Sequence record: OM386658.1
Reading direction: 5' to 3' (one strand)
DNA from: Escherichia phage vB_EcoM_ESCO32
Length of the DNA: 64,000 bases
Each line of letters begins with the position of its first letter. The stretch's first letter is position 1. The notes beneath the pieces were generated by a model. That model was not told the origin of the DNA. It ran no database searches and was given only the letters and a program-made list of their open reading frames with translations. Positions 42,125 through 52,424 of this stretch are shown piece after piece. Made by a program: the position numbers and the translations under genes.

Positions 42125-42634
42125 TTGTCAATAAAAACCTTTGTCGCAATTGCGTTACTATCCTTAACTGCTTTTACATTTACACCTGTTGTGGCGCAAG
42201 CCGAAGCTGCAAACGTAAAAACTGCTAAAGTAGTTCACAAGTGTACAAAGCGTGATAGTAAAGAAAATCTATTAGCTTGTGCAATCTATGCAGAAAGTCG
42301 TAATCAAGGAAAGCGCGGTATGGCTGCTGTTGGTAATGTAGTATTGAATAGGGCTAGAGATTCATATTTCCCTGATACTATAAAAGAAGTTTTGTTTCAA
42401 AAAGGACAATTCTCTTACACAAAGACATTCAACGTTATGGAACGTGATAAGTGGAAGGAAGCTAAGACTATAGCAGAACGTCTACTTTATCTCGATACGC
42501 ATTTTCCAGAATTACGAATTGCATTAGATATTACAAAAGGAGCATTATACTTTAAAAAATCTACAATAAGAGCACACTGGGAAAAAGATATGGTTCTAGT
42601 GTACCGCTACAAAGAACATCAATTCTATCGCTAA
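42125..42634 (+). CDS. SleB-type cell-wall hydrolase with signal peptide (candidate endolysin)
   Basis: ORF track 169 aa; TTG start after AGGAGG; signal peptide ending VVAQA; core AVGNVVLNRARDSYFPDTIKEVLFQKGQFSY. Confidence 0.7.
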   Translation: MSIKTFVAIALLSLTAFTFTPVVAQAEAANVKTAKVVHKCTKRDSKENLLACAIYAESRNQGKRGMAAVGNVVLNRARDSYFPDTIKEVLFQKGQFSYTKTFNVMERDKWKEAKTIAERLLYLDTHFPELRIALDITKGALYFKKSTIRAHWEKDMVLVYRYKEHQFYR

Positions 42635-42644
42635 GGAGATATAG

Positions 42645-42923
42645 ATGAAAGATGGCGTTATCGTTGCAAGTTATCTTGTTATTGGTCTTACAGAAGAGGA
42701 TGTACATTACATTAGGAAACATTTAGAACAGTTTGCAATGATGTTCATCGAAGACGAAGACAATATGGATGTTTATTCAATTGAAATGATCAATGATAAC
42801 GTCTATCCTTGTATAGCTTTACGAGTCGATGAAGATGTTTGGGAACGTTTTTCACGTAGTCACGATAATGTTGAATGTTCTATGGTTATGTCACAAAGCA
42901 ACATACTGGGAGTGTTACACTGA
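42645..42923 (+). CDS. hypothetical protein (92 aa)
   Basis: ORF track; AAGGAG RBS. Confidence 0.5.
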   Translation: MKDGVIVASYLVIGLTEEDVHYIRKHLEQFAMMFIEDEDNMDVYSIEMINDNVYPCIALRVDEDVWERFSRSHDNVECSMVMSQSNILGVLH

Positions 42924-43153
42924 TGGCTGATGTTATTGAAGTTAACTTTAAAACAAAAAAGAAAGTTGATAAGTATACAATCTTAAAAAATATTTGCGTT
43001 GTGTGCTTCAATTCTGTAATATATGACTCACGTAAGGGCGAAAATGAAAATGAACCTTACATCCAGATTTCTAAAGGTAAAGGGCAGTGTATCTGCAAAA
43101 ACTGTGCTGTAGCAATTAAGGAGGTTGTAGATGAAAACCATTGGGATCAATGA
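42923..43153 (+). CDS. small zinc-finger protein (about 76 aa)
   Basis: ORF track frame 42875..43153; start at ATG overlapping upstream stop; CVVCFNS ... CICKNC Cys pairs. Confidence 0.5.
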   Translation: MADVIEVNFKTKKKVDKYTILKNICVVCFNSVIYDSRKGENENEPYIQISKGKGQCICKNCAVAIKEVVDENHWDQ

Positions 43154-43325
43154 TACTGGTGAAGTTGTAAAATCTTGGGATGATCTTAGTGGTATCCCTA
43201 CAGATAAACTGATTAAACTGCGTGATGTTTGTCGTGATCATCTTAATGAAACATATAAAGAGTATATGGAAGCACGAGATCACAGTTTAGCTATCCAAAT
43301 GGAACTCGCAAAACGTAATCAATAG
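43131..43325 (+). CDS. hypothetical protein (64 aa)
   Basis: ORF track; GGAGG RBS. Confidence 0.45.
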   Translation: MKTIGINDTGEVVKSWDDLSGIPTDKLIKLRDVCRDHLNETYKEYMEARDHSLAIQMELAKRNQ

Positions 43326-43382
43326 GTAAAACCATTTGGACTTTTTAGTCTAAAAATGCTAAAGTAATAATACGGAGGGAGT

Positions 43383-43946
43383 ATGATATTTCACATAACT
43401 CCCTATCTTTCTGGAGATATTGGAAAAGGTATCAATGACACAATAAGTGTCTTACCAGAAGATAGTTGGATTTGCCTAAGAGACATTGATACAATGTTTC
43501 TTCTTCCAGAACAACCTGCTTGGCTGGAATCAATAGTCCGTTCAAATCCTGATTTTGATGTTCTTGGTGCATCTTGTAATAGATTGGGATCAACATATCA
43601 ATTATTTAATAATGAAAGAAGTGAAGATCCAAATATATTACACCACATTGAGATTGCAAAAAGAGCACATCTAGAATGGGGAAACTCAATAGAGGAAGTA
43701 CCTACAGATGCTATCTTAGCAGGATTCTTTCTTCTCTTTCGTAAGAGCCTGTGGAATGAAATCCCTTTTGAGGAAAGATCAATACAGTTTGATATAATTT
43801 TCTCTAAAGCATTGCACGCTAACAATAAAAGGCTAGGTTTACTACGTGGGTTATATTTATTTCACACATACCGTTTAGGTAATGATGATCCTAGAAAAGC
43901 TATTTCACACCTTTTACATTGTCAAGACATGAATAAAATTATTTAA
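43383..43946 (+). CDS. hypothetical protein, possible glycosyltransferase-associated (187 aa)
   Basis: ORF track; ACGGAGGGAG RBS; precedes three glycosyltransferase-like genes. Confidence 0.55.
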   Translation: MIFHITPYLSGDIGKGINDTISVLPEDSWICLRDIDTMFLLPEQPAWLESIVRSNPDFDVLGASCNRLGSTYQLFNNERSEDPNILHHIEIAKRAHLEWGNSIEEVPTDAILAGFFLLFRKSLWNEIPFEERSIQFDIIFSKALHANNKRLGLLRGLYLFHTYRLGNDDPRKAISHLLHCQDMNKII

Positions 43947-43955
43947 GGAGTTATT

Positions 43956-44642
43956 TTGGAAAATACAAAAATTGGTGTTGGTGTTATTACTGTAGGTAAG
44001 CGTCCTCTTAAAGATTATCTTGTGACTGATCCTAATGCTACTTTTGTTGTACAGTATGATCGGGAACGAAAAGGTGTTGCATATGCTCGTAATGAACTGA
44101 TGAAAAAGTTTTATGATGAAGGGTATGATTACTGGTTTATTTTTGATGATGATTGCTATCCTGTTGTTCAAGGTTGGGAAACATATTTTGTAAAACAAGC
44201 GAAGGAAAATGGTTGGGATTTCTTTGGTATGCCTGAATACTTTAAAGATAAAGTAAAAGGTATTGAAGGGGAAGTGGTTATTTGGGAACTAGGTATGTGC
44301 CAGTTTGGTATGTATTCCCGTGCAGTTATTGAGAAAGCTGGCTATTTCCGCTCATACACCCACGGTTATGGATATGAAGATGCAGAGTGGATTCATCGCG
44401 TTCCACTGGCAGGTTTGAACCGAGGTATTCAAGGCGTGCCATGTCCTATTCGAATTATGGCGTTTATCCATCCTGATGATGTATTTGGAGACAATCCTTT
44501 ACCTTTTGCGAATCTGTCAAAAGAAGAGAAAGAACAGGGTATTGGTGTAAACTGGGAACAATATAAACAATCCCTGGAGGATCTTCGCAATGGTAAAACT
44601 TTTATCTCTTATGAGGAGGCTCAAAAATATGGTAAATCCTAA
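43956..44642 (+). CDS. GT-A-type glycosyltransferase (tentative)
   Basis: ORF track 228 aa; TTG start after AAGGAG; GVGVITVGKRP ... YDYWFIFDDDCYP. Confidence 0.6.
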   Translation: MENTKIGVGVITVGKRPLKDYLVTDPNATFVVQYDRERKGVAYARNELMKKFYDEGYDYWFIFDDDCYPVVQGWETYFVKQAKENGWDFFGMPEYFKDKVKGIEGEVVIWELGMCQFGMYSRAVIEKAGYFRSYTHGYGYEDAEWIHRVPLAGLNRGIQGVPCPIRIMAFIHPDDVFGDNPLPFANLSKEEKEQGIGVNWEQYKQSLEDLRNGKTFISYEEAQKYGKS

Positions 44643-45603
44643 TACTCCTGTACTTAAGTGTGATAATAAGTTAGGCAGTGGTTGTGATTACCATCGTATT
44701 GTAATGCCATTTGCTGGAAATACGTTTAAACCTAAGAAAGACGTTTTAGTTTTTAATAGAGTGTATTCTCGTGGAGCAGACGAGGTTAAACGCCTGAAGG
44801 CACAAGGTGTTAAGATTATTGTTGATTTAGATGACTTTTATTCACTTAATCCTGAACATTATATGGCTGGCGTATTTACTAATCATTCAAAGACTATTGT
44901 AGAGATGGTTAAGTTAGCAGATGTTGTTACTGTAACAACAGAATACCTAGCTTACAAAATTCGTCATTTAAATCGTAATGTTGTCGTAATTAGAAACGCA
45001 CTACCTTACGACGAAGGTCAATTTACTTTGACAAAAGACCGTAATTCTGACACGCCTATTATCTGGGCTGGAGGAGCAAGCCACGAGCCTGATTTATCTC
45101 TTGTAGCTAATACATTTGATGATACACTATTGACAATTGCAGGGTATGAAGTGTATCCTTCTGCACCTGTTGGAAATAACAGTCAGTATCTAACTACTGC
45201 GGAGTGGGTTAAAGTAAAACGTAAAATTCCAAATGCACAGTATAAACCAGCTATTAAAAATTTAGGTGAGTATATGTCTGTGTATGACGGTCACAGTATT
45301 GCAATTGCTCCCCTGGTAGATAATGACTTCAACAACTGTAAAAGCAATTTGAAGATTTTGGAAGCAGGTGCAAAGGGTCTTCCTATTATCTGTTCTCCTG
45401 TGCTGCCGTACTTCAATCCGGTAGATGCAAAGGCTGTTATCTATGCAGACTCTAAAGCATCTTGGCATTATGAAGTTGTCAAGCTAATGAGGAACCCTAG
45501 ATACACAGAAGATCGTGGTATGATGCTTGCAGAACACGTTCGTCTTAATTATAATCTTGCAGATGCCAATGAACTGCGTCGTCAAGTTATTGAAAGTCTT
45601 TAA
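44629..45603 (+). CDS. glycosyltransferase-like protein, paralog A
   Basis: ORF track frame 44590..45603; start at ATG after GAGGAGG; shares AIAPLV.N.FNN.KSNLKILEAGAKGLP...CSP with next gene. Confidence 0.65.
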   Translation: MVNPNTPVLKCDNKLGSGCDYHRIVMPFAGNTFKPKKDVLVFNRVYSRGADEVKRLKAQGVKIIVDLDDFYSLNPEHYMAGVFTNHSKTIVEMVKLADVVTVTTEYLAYKIRHLNRNVVVIRNALPYDEGQFTLTKDRNSDTPIIWAGGASHEPDLSLVANTFDDTLLTIAGYEVYPSAPVGNNSQYLTTAEWVKVKRKIPNAQYKPAIKNLGEYMSVYDGHSIAIAPLVDNDFNNCKSNLKILEAGAKGLPIICSPVLPYFNPVDAKAVIYADSKASWHYEVVKLMRNPRYTEDRGMMLAEHVRLNYNLADANELRRQVIESL

Positions 45604-45614
45604 CAAGGAGTTAT

Positions 45615-46559
45615 ATGCCTAATATTATTCTTGACACACGCGGAAATGAAAAGTATAGTGTATGTGATTTTCATAGAATCATTTTGCCATATAAACGCAA
45701 ACTGACCATTAATCCTAAGCATAATATTTTTGTGTTCAATGGAGTACCAACACGTGGAAAGCCAGGTTTCCTGGCTCTTAAACAACTTGGGTTTAAATTG
45801 GTAATGGATCTGGATGATTCTTTAATTATTCCTGAAGGGCATATGCTTGAAGGATTATTTGAAAATCAAATCCGAGATGACCTAAAATGGTTCCTTGAAA
45901 GAAGCGATCTTGTAACTACAACAACTCCAGCATTAAAGGTTGAATTAAGCCAATACAATGATAATGTACATATTGTGCCTAACGGACTACCTTTTGATGA
46001 AGGACAGTTTGTTCTTACGAAAGATCGTTATTCTAAAAGTCCACTGGTTTGGGCGGGAAGTGAAACACATAAACATGATTTAGCAATTCTTCCTGCTTTT
46101 GGTAAAGAGTTAACTTTATGCGGATTTCGTAGAGATCACGAAGAGTTAAGTAGTGCTCAATGGTTGCAAATTAAAGAAGATATTCAACCAGATTGTGTTT
46201 ATGAAGGTATTCGTCCTTATGAGTGTTATATGGAAGCATACGATGGTCATCAAATCTCCATAGCTCCATTAGTAAATAATCATTTTAATAATGCCAAAAG
46301 TAATTTAAAAATTCTTGAAGCTGGTGCTAAAGGTTTGCCACTCGTTTGTTCGCCACGGGAGAACTATTATACTGAAGAATTTAAAGATCTAATCTTCTTT
46401 GCTGATTCAGTTAAAGAGTGGAAAGATATTGTAGAATACTTAATCGAATCTCCTGACGTTTGTATTGAGAAGGGATTGGCTCTTGCTAAGTATGTAAGAG
46501 ATAACTACAATATTGATGATTTAAATGAAACCCGCAGACTGCTTATCGAGGATTTATAA
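45615..46559 (+). CDS. glycosyltransferase-like protein, paralog B
   Basis: ORF track 314 aa; AAGGAG RBS; SIAPLVNNHFNNAKSNLKILEAGAKGLPLVCSP. Confidence 0.65.
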   Translation: MPNIILDTRGNEKYSVCDFHRIILPYKRKLTINPKHNIFVFNGVPTRGKPGFLALKQLGFKLVMDLDDSLIIPEGHMLEGLFENQIRDDLKWFLERSDLVTTTTPALKVELSQYNDNVHIVPNGLPFDEGQFVLTKDRYSKSPLVWAGSETHKHDLAILPAFGKELTLCGFRRDHEELSSAQWLQIKEDIQPDCVYEGIRPYECYMEAYDGHQISIAPLVNNHFNNAKSNLKILEAGAKGLPLVCSPRENYYTEEFKDLIFFADSVKEWKDIVEYLIESPDVCIEKGLALAKYVRDNYNIDDLNETRRLLIEDL

Positions 46560-46828
46560 TGAACACTTTTGATTTTGAGTATAAACAAGATAATAAAGAA
46601 CCTATTATTGTTGAAGTAGATTACTATTATGAAGAACCTAATCCTTTCTCACGAGAAAGTGATTGGGATTATTATGGTGGCCTTATTGTTGATGGTATTA
46701 GGTTCTATTCTGGTACAAAAGAACTTTTTGATATAGATATTTCCCCATCGGAAATTGTTTACCAATTTAAGAAACATATGGAAGATTTGGAAATGCAATA
46801 TATTATGGAGACAAACGAATCATTTTAG
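46559..46828 (+). CDS. hypothetical protein (89 aa)
   Basis: ORF track; start overlaps upstream stop. Confidence 0.5.
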   Translation: MNTFDFEYKQDNKEPIIVEVDYYYEEPNPFSRESDWDYYGGLIVDGIRFYSGTKELFDIDISPSEIVYQFKKHMEDLEMQYIMETNESF

Positions 46829-46840
46829 TAGGAGAATCAT

Positions 46841-48613
46841 GTGTCTTATGTTGTAAATAAATATGGGTATAACATTGACCTAAGTCAAGAAGGACATACT
46901 GGGTGTCCTCGTTGTATGAAAGGAGGGCGTGATCGATCACAAAACAATTTGATGGTATATGGCTTAGATGCCGATGAAGACCATCGAGGCGCACATTGTT
47001 TTTCTTGTGGCTTTACTATCCCTGATCAAAAATGGTTAAATGCACACGGTGAAGAAATTGAAGAGGAGGATATCTTGGGTAGTGAGTTTAATCCAGAAGT
47101 ACATGATAAACTAAAAGCCAGCACTGGAACTAATCCAAAAGGTTATCGCGGTATTCGTGAAGATATCTCTAAACCTTTCGGTGTACGCTATATGTACGAT
47201 GAAGCTACTGGCGAAGTAATTTCAACACTATACCCTACAACTAAAGATTACAATATTGCTGGGTATAAACAACGTATCGATCCAAAAGATTTTTCGCATC
47301 CTATTGGTGAAACAGGAAAGGATTGTGATCTTTTTGGTGAGTTTAAATATCGTAACCACAGTGGTACTATTCTAATCGTTGGTGGTGAACACGATATGCT
47401 GGCTGCAACACAGATGCTAAAAGATTATAACAAGGGCGGTAAATATCCTGTTCCTGCTGTAGTGTCTGGTACTTGTGGCGAAACATCTCTGCATAAGCAG
47501 CTTCAACATCGTTATAAATTCTTAGATCAATTTAAAAAGATTGTTCTGTGTATGGATAATGATGAAGCTGGACGTGCAGCAGTTGAGAAATGTGTTAAAA
47601 TCTTACCACGTAATAAAGTTTACGTGATGGAACTAACGGATGTTAAAGATCCTAACCAGGCACTAGTAGAAGGAAAAATTGATCATTTTATTGATCGCTT
47701 TTTCAAAGCTAAATTGTACACACCTGCTGGTGTTTACGCTTCTAACGTACTGTATGAAGCAGCCTTGGAATGCCTGGAAGCTAAAATGATCACCCTTCCT
47801 CCATTCATGCGTGTTGCTTCTAATATGTTAGGTGGAGGCTTGGTAGAAGAAGAAATTACTGTTATACTTGCAAAAACAAGTATCGGTAAGACACTGTTGG
47901 TTAACGAGATTACGAAACACATTATTCTTGCACACCCAGAACATACTCTTGGTATTTTATCTTTGGAGGCAACGTATAAGAAGTATTCTCGTAACTTGCT
48001 GTCTTCATTCTTGCATATCCCTCTTCACCGTAAAACAAAAGAAGAGAAGGAAAAGATTTTAAAAGATAATGAAGAAAAGATTCGTGATTTTTACGAACGA
48101 GAAGATGGAACACCACGTTTCTATGTTTGTGATGATCGTGGGGCTAACGTAGATGTGATTAAAGAGAAGGTTCTGGAAATGATTATTTATTTCGGAGTAA
48201 CCATTCTTGTTATCGACCCTTATTCTGACTTGCTTTCTGGTATGGACGTGTCACAACAAGAGGAACTTGCGACGTGGCTGAAACGCATTATGAAAGAGTA
48301 CGCAATAACCATTGTTGTAATTTCACACGTTAAAAAGTCTTCTAACAATAGTAATGAACATATTGTAGAAGATGATGCAATGGGTAGTAGCTTCCTTGCT
48401 AAAGGTGCTGGTATCACAATTGCGCTGGAGCGTGATAAACAAGCTGAAGATCCTATGGAACGTAACCGCACATATTGCTACATTCTAAAGAACCGTGAGT
48501 TCTCAGAGACTGGTGCAGCAGGTAGTTTCTTCTATGAGATTAAAACAGCTACACTTCACGATTACGATCAATACACAAGTAACCCAGAAAATATTTCTGC
48601 TGGTTCTTATTAA
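46841..48613 (+). CDS. bifunctional DNA primase-helicase (T7 gp4-like)
   Basis: ORF track 590 aa; GTG start after AGGAG; zinc ribbon CPRC...CFSCGF; Toprim-like LIVGGEHDMLAA / MDNDEAG; DnaB-type Walker A AKTSIGKT. Confidence 0.85.
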   Translation: MSYVVNKYGYNIDLSQEGHTGCPRCMKGGRDRSQNNLMVYGLDADEDHRGAHCFSCGFTIPDQKWLNAHGEEIEEEDILGSEFNPEVHDKLKASTGTNPKGYRGIREDISKPFGVRYMYDEATGEVISTLYPTTKDYNIAGYKQRIDPKDFSHPIGETGKDCDLFGEFKYRNHSGTILIVGGEHDMLAATQMLKDYNKGGKYPVPAVVSGTCGETSLHKQLQHRYKFLDQFKKIVLCMDNDEAGRAAVEKCVKILPRNKVYVMELTDVKDPNQALVEGKIDHFIDRFFKAKLYTPAGVYASNVLYEAALECLEAKMITLPPFMRVASNMLGGGLVEEEITVILAKTSIGKTLLVNEITKHIILAHPEHTLGILSLEATYKKYSRNLLSSFLHIPLHRKTKEEKEKILKDNEEKIRDFYEREDGTPRFYVCDDRGANVDVIKEKVLEMIIYFGVTILVIDPYSDLLSGMDVSQQEELATWLKRIMKEYAITIVVISHVKKSSNNSNEHIVEDDAMGSSFLAKGAGITIALERDKQAEDPMERNRTYCYILKNREFSETGAAGSFFYEIKTATLHDYDQYTSNPENISAGSY

Positions 48614-48623
48614 GGAGAAAAAT

Positions 48624-49019
48624 ATGAAAGACAACGAAAACATCCTCTATGGGGTATGCCCTTCTGCTTTAGCGTATGATTATACGAAAACTATTGCTAA
48701 GTTTAAATTTCAAGACGGATCAGAATTAGAACCATACGGTTATGCTTATGGTGAACATTTGTGGTTTGAGGATGGTTGTCTATACCTTCTCATTCAAACT
48801 ACCAGTGGTTTTGTGGGAGAGCTTGTAGATCGTATGTTGAAAAATGTCAGTGATAAAGTTATTCTTGATATCACTAGTAAGGATGAAAACATTAATAACA
48901 TTGTTTCCACTTTTAATGGTTTGACAGGCACTGTTAAAATTGAACGTGTAGGCTTGAGAAATACCAATGGTGTCCCTAATTGCCTTATTAAAGTACAACT
49001 AAGTGCTGACAATAAATAA
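48624..49019 (+). CDS. hypothetical protein (about 131 aa)
   Basis: ORF track frame 48495..49019; start at ATG after AAGGAGAAA. Confidence 0.55.
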   Translation: MKDNENILYGVCPSALAYDYTKTIAKFKFQDGSELEPYGYAYGEHLWFEDGCLYLLIQTTSGFVGELVDRMLKNVSDKVILDITSKDENINNIVSTFNGLTGTVKIERVGLRNTNGVPNCLIKVQLSADNK

Positions 49020-49109
49020 CAAGAAGGGGCGAAAGCCCCTTTACAAAACAATTAATTTGTGGTACAGTATTAACAAATTAAGACTTTAGAAATATTTTAA
49101 GGAGGGAGA

Positions 49110-52100
49110 ATGGGAGCTTTTACTTTCGACATTGAAAGTAACAACTTGCTTAATGACGAAAGTGTAGATTACTTGGCAAGTCCATATCGTTTAAAAGATA
49201 GTTTTGCAATGCACTGTATTGTGTGCGAAAGTCATGATACTGGAGAGATTATTGCTTTCCATGATGGTGATAAATATCTTTTCGATGGTCGTCCGTATGT
49301 TGAGACTGACGGAAAGTATGAATACCGACTGGAGGAATATGAGCATTTAGAATATACCCATTTCCCTCTTAAAGATTTTCCTGATTTTGTAAATGGAACA
49401 GGTAAATTTAAAGGTAATTCAAACTATAAAATTACCAAAGTAGTTGGACATAACATCATTAACTTTGACTTACTGGCAATTAAATTATTTTTTAAACTCA
49501 ACTACAGTATTAAGTACAATACTTGGGGTAATAGTAACATTGAAATTTGTGATACTATGATCTTAAGTAAGACACTAAACCCTGATCGCTTCGGTGGTCA
49601 TAGTCTGGCAGAGTTATCTAAGAAGGCTGGAGGGGATGTTAAAATTGATTTTAGAAAAAACATTCCTGAAACTGAAAGATTTAAAACATTTGCAGCAGAT
49701 ATGCTGTATTACTGTATTTACGATAACAAAGCTAACACCGCAGTGTTCCGTTATTTGATGGAAGAGTGGGGTGATTATAATAAGTGGTCTGAACCATTTA
49801 ACTTAGAACAACGTGTAGCTGATATTATTACACGTCAAGAGCACCGTGGCTTTGCTTTCAATATGAAACAAGCAGAAGATAATATTCGTGATCTGGATGC
49901 TCGAATGGAAGCATGTCGTTTAGAGGCAGAACCTGTGCTACCTCCTAAACCTGCTACTAAAGGTTATTTGAAATCATTCATTCCACCTAAACTACAGTTT
50001 AAAAAGAATGGTGAACCTTCAAGTAACATGATAAAGTTTGCAGAGAAACATTCTGGTGAACTTGTACAAAAAGAAGATGGTTGGTGGCTATTTGCATTAG
50101 GTAAAGAGTTTAAACTACCTATTCCAGCAGAAGAACCTATTTGTGATCCTACAGTACCTGCTACTTTAGACGACACTACACATATTAAAAACTGGTTAGT
50201 TGGTTTAGGTTGGAGTCCATCTGAATATAAAGATAAAGATATCACTCTTAAATCTGGCACTAAGATTAAGAAAGATGAAGCACAGATGGAGAAAGCTATT
50301 CGTGACTATGTTGATCAAACGTTAGCATCTAATTTCTGCCAGGACAGATGTGATCATCTGGAGTGCACACCAGAAACTTTGGAATGGAAACTAAGAGATC
50401 GTATTGCTAAAGCTAAAGGTCGTGGTGTTAAAGTGCTTACTAACCCTTCCTTTACAAAAGGGCAAGAGAAAGATATTTGTCCTAACTTGGAAGCACTAGG
50501 TGAAAAGTTTCCTTATGCTACGCAGATTGTGCAGTATCTTACGTATAAACACCGTAGGAACTCTATTCTAGGGGGTGGTGCTGATTGGGAAGAAGATGAA
50601 GAGGATTATGATAAAGGTTATCTGGCAGCAGTAAGGGCTGATGGTCGTATACCAACTCCTGCTGCAACGTGTGATGCAGCTACGTCTCGTATGAAACATA
50701 GGTTAGTAGCAAATATCCCACGTGTAACATCTCTGTACGGATATGAAATGCGTAACTTATTTGGTGTAGAAGTTCCAAAATACTTCCAAATTGGTTATGA
50801 TTTTGATTCTCTTGAGGCAAAAATAGAATCACACTACTGTGTACCTATGGATGCACAAGCACTAACCCGTAAAGGTTGGGTTGGTTATCACGATCTACAA
50901 GAAGGGGATGAAATCTTAGGATATAACCCAGAAACAGGACTTAAAGAATGGACTAAAGTAAAAGGTAAGGTCTTCTATAAAAATAGTAAGACGTTTGAGA
51001 TTAAAGGAAAATCCCATACTTACCGTGCAACAGCAGATCACCGTTGGTATGTTAATACCCGTAGTAAAGGGAATACTTATGTGCCTAAAGTCAGAACAAC
51101 TGCCGAGCTTTGCACAGGAGATAATATTATTTGTAATGCTCCATTTAACATGGAACAAGATCAGGTAAATAGTTTAACTTCTGTTCAACAAGGTAAATGG
51201 GATGTTCCGTGGGTAGAGCGTGTAGTTAATATGTCTCATGCCGAGCGTGTAGCTTTCTTGGAAGGTTTCTTGATTGCAGATGGTTACTGGCATGAACATA
51301 AACAAAAACCTGTTTGGCGTTGGGCGCAGAACCCAGGTGAACTTTTTGAAGCAGCTTTAACTGCCTCGTACCTGGTGCATGGAGGCAATATCTCTGTAGC
51401 TTTCAATACAAAAGAGCAGAAAGTAAAAGTGGCAACATTGGCTAACCGCTCTCACATTCCTGTTCAAAGTTTGACTATTGAAGAGTGGGGTGTAGAGGAT
51501 GTTTGGTGTCCACAAACAGAACTTGGTACGTGGGTCATGCGTCAGAAAGACTGCATTACCATCACAGGAAACTGTTGGCGGTACGAGCAGGAACCACACG
51601 AATATTGTAATGCTCTATTATTGGAAAAACCTAATGATGTTCATACAATGATGGCTCGACGTATTTCTGACACTATTGGTCGTAAGTTTGAACGAAGCCC
51701 TGCTAAATCTGTTAAGTATGGTATTACTTATGGTGCTCAAGCTGCAAAAGTAGCAAAAACTATAGGTAGTGATATGTATACCGGACAGCTTGTATACGAT
51801 GCTTTCTGGGAAGCTGCAAAACCTCTTGCGCTTCTTAAAGAACGTCTGCATGACTTTTGGGTTAAAACAGGTAAGAAATACATTCTGGGTATTGATGGTA
51901 GGAAAGTACCTACACGATCTGCACACGCAATACTTAACTCTCTGTTCCAGAGTGGTGGTGTTATTTGTGCAAAAAGAGCAATGGTTATCTACGACGATCT
52001 TATCGAAGAAGAAGGATTAGCTGTTGACTTTTTTGTTGATGACTGGAAAAATAAGTCATTCGTTCAACAAATGATTGCATATCACGATGAAGCACAGCTT

Positions 52101-52424
52101 GAAGTAACTCGTGATCTGGTGCATTTTAAATGGTTCTCTAAAGAATCTTTAGGTTGGACTCAAGTTGATGATCCAGAAGAACAAAAGAAAATTGATAAAG
52201 AATGTTTGGATAAAGTTAATGCCTGGAAAGAAGAGGAAGAGAAACGTACTGGCAAGATTTGGGCTAACGTACATGAATCTCCGAAAGGTGGTTGGTTTAC
52301 AGCCTACAGTCGTGCTGGAGAATTAGCATCTATCGCTGTTAATAAAGCTGGTGAGTATTACAATCTTAATGTACCTCTCACTGCTGGTTACGATGTTGGT
52401 AACTCATGGGCCAGTTGTCATTAG
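49110..52424 (+). CDS. family-A DNA polymerase (T7-like) interrupted by an intein
   Basis: ORF track 1104 aa; exo FDIESNNL; motif A DFDSLEAKIESHY; post-intein CWRYEQEPHEY...DVHT parallels T7 pol as recalled; motif B KYGITYGAQ; motif C YHDE. Confidence 0.9.
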   Translation: MGAFTFDIESNNLLNDESVDYLASPYRLKDSFAMHCIVCESHDTGEIIAFHDGDKYLFDGRPYVETDGKYEYRLEEYEHLEYTHFPLKDFPDFVNGTGKFKGNSNYKITKVVGHNIINFDLLAIKLFFKLNYSIKYNTWGNSNIEICDTMILSKTLNPDRFGGHSLAELSKKAGGDVKIDFRKNIPETERFKTFAADMLYYCIYDNKANTAVFRYLMEEWGDYNKWSEPFNLEQRVADIITRQEHRGFAFNMKQAEDNIRDLDARMEACRLEAEPVLPPKPATKGYLKSFIPPKLQFKKNGEPSSNMIKFAEKHSGELVQKEDGWWLFALGKEFKLPIPAEEPICDPTVPATLDDTTHIKNWLVGLGWSPSEYKDKDITLKSGTKIKKDEAQMEKAIRDYVDQTLASNFCQDRCDHLECTPETLEWKLRDRIAKAKGRGVKVLTNPSFTKGQEKDICPNLEALGEKFPYATQIVQYLTYKHRRNSILGGGADWEEDEEDYDKGYLAAVRADGRIPTPAATCDAATSRMKHRLVANIPRVTSLYGYEMRNLFGVEVPKYFQIGYDFDSLEAKIESHYCVPMDAQALTRKGWVGYHDLQEGDEILGYNPETGLKEWTKVKGKVFYKNSKTFEIKGKSHTYRATADHRWYVNTRSKGNTYVPKVRTTAELCTGDNIICNAPFNMEQDQVNSLTSVQQGKWDVPWVERVVNMSHAERVAFLEGFLIADGYWHEHKQKPVWRWAQNPGELFEAALTASYLVHGGNISVAFNTKEQKVKVATLANRSHIPVQSLTIEEWGVEDVWCPQTELGTWVMRQKDCITITGNCWRYEQEPHEYCNALLLEKPNDVHTMMARRISDTIGRKFERSPAKSVKYGITYGAQAAKVAKTIGSDMYTGQLVYDAFWEAAKPLALLKERLHDFWVKTGKKYILGIDGRKVPTRSAHAILNSLFQSGGVICAKRAMVIYDDLIEEEGLAVDFFVDDWKNKSFVQQMIAYHDEAQLEVTRDLVHFKWFSKESLGWTQVDDPEEQKKIDKECLDKVNAWKEEEEKRTGKIWANVHESPKGGWFTAYSRAGELASIAVNKAGEYYNLNVPLTAGYDVGNSWASCH
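50838..51572 (+). mobile_element. intein (245 aa) with LAGLIDADG-type homing-endonuclease motif inside the DNA polymerase
   Basis: starts CVPMDAQALTRKGW (block A), TADHRWY (block B), LEGFLIADGYW (LAGLIDADG-like), ends ITGN followed by +1 Cys; inserted right after polymerase motif A. Confidence 0.7.

Noticed and set aside
49964-51926. Minus-strand ORFs inside the DNA polymerase (49964..50260, 50916..51158, 51357..51599, 51618..51926)
   Set aside because: Antisense to the polymerase and its intein; no start signals
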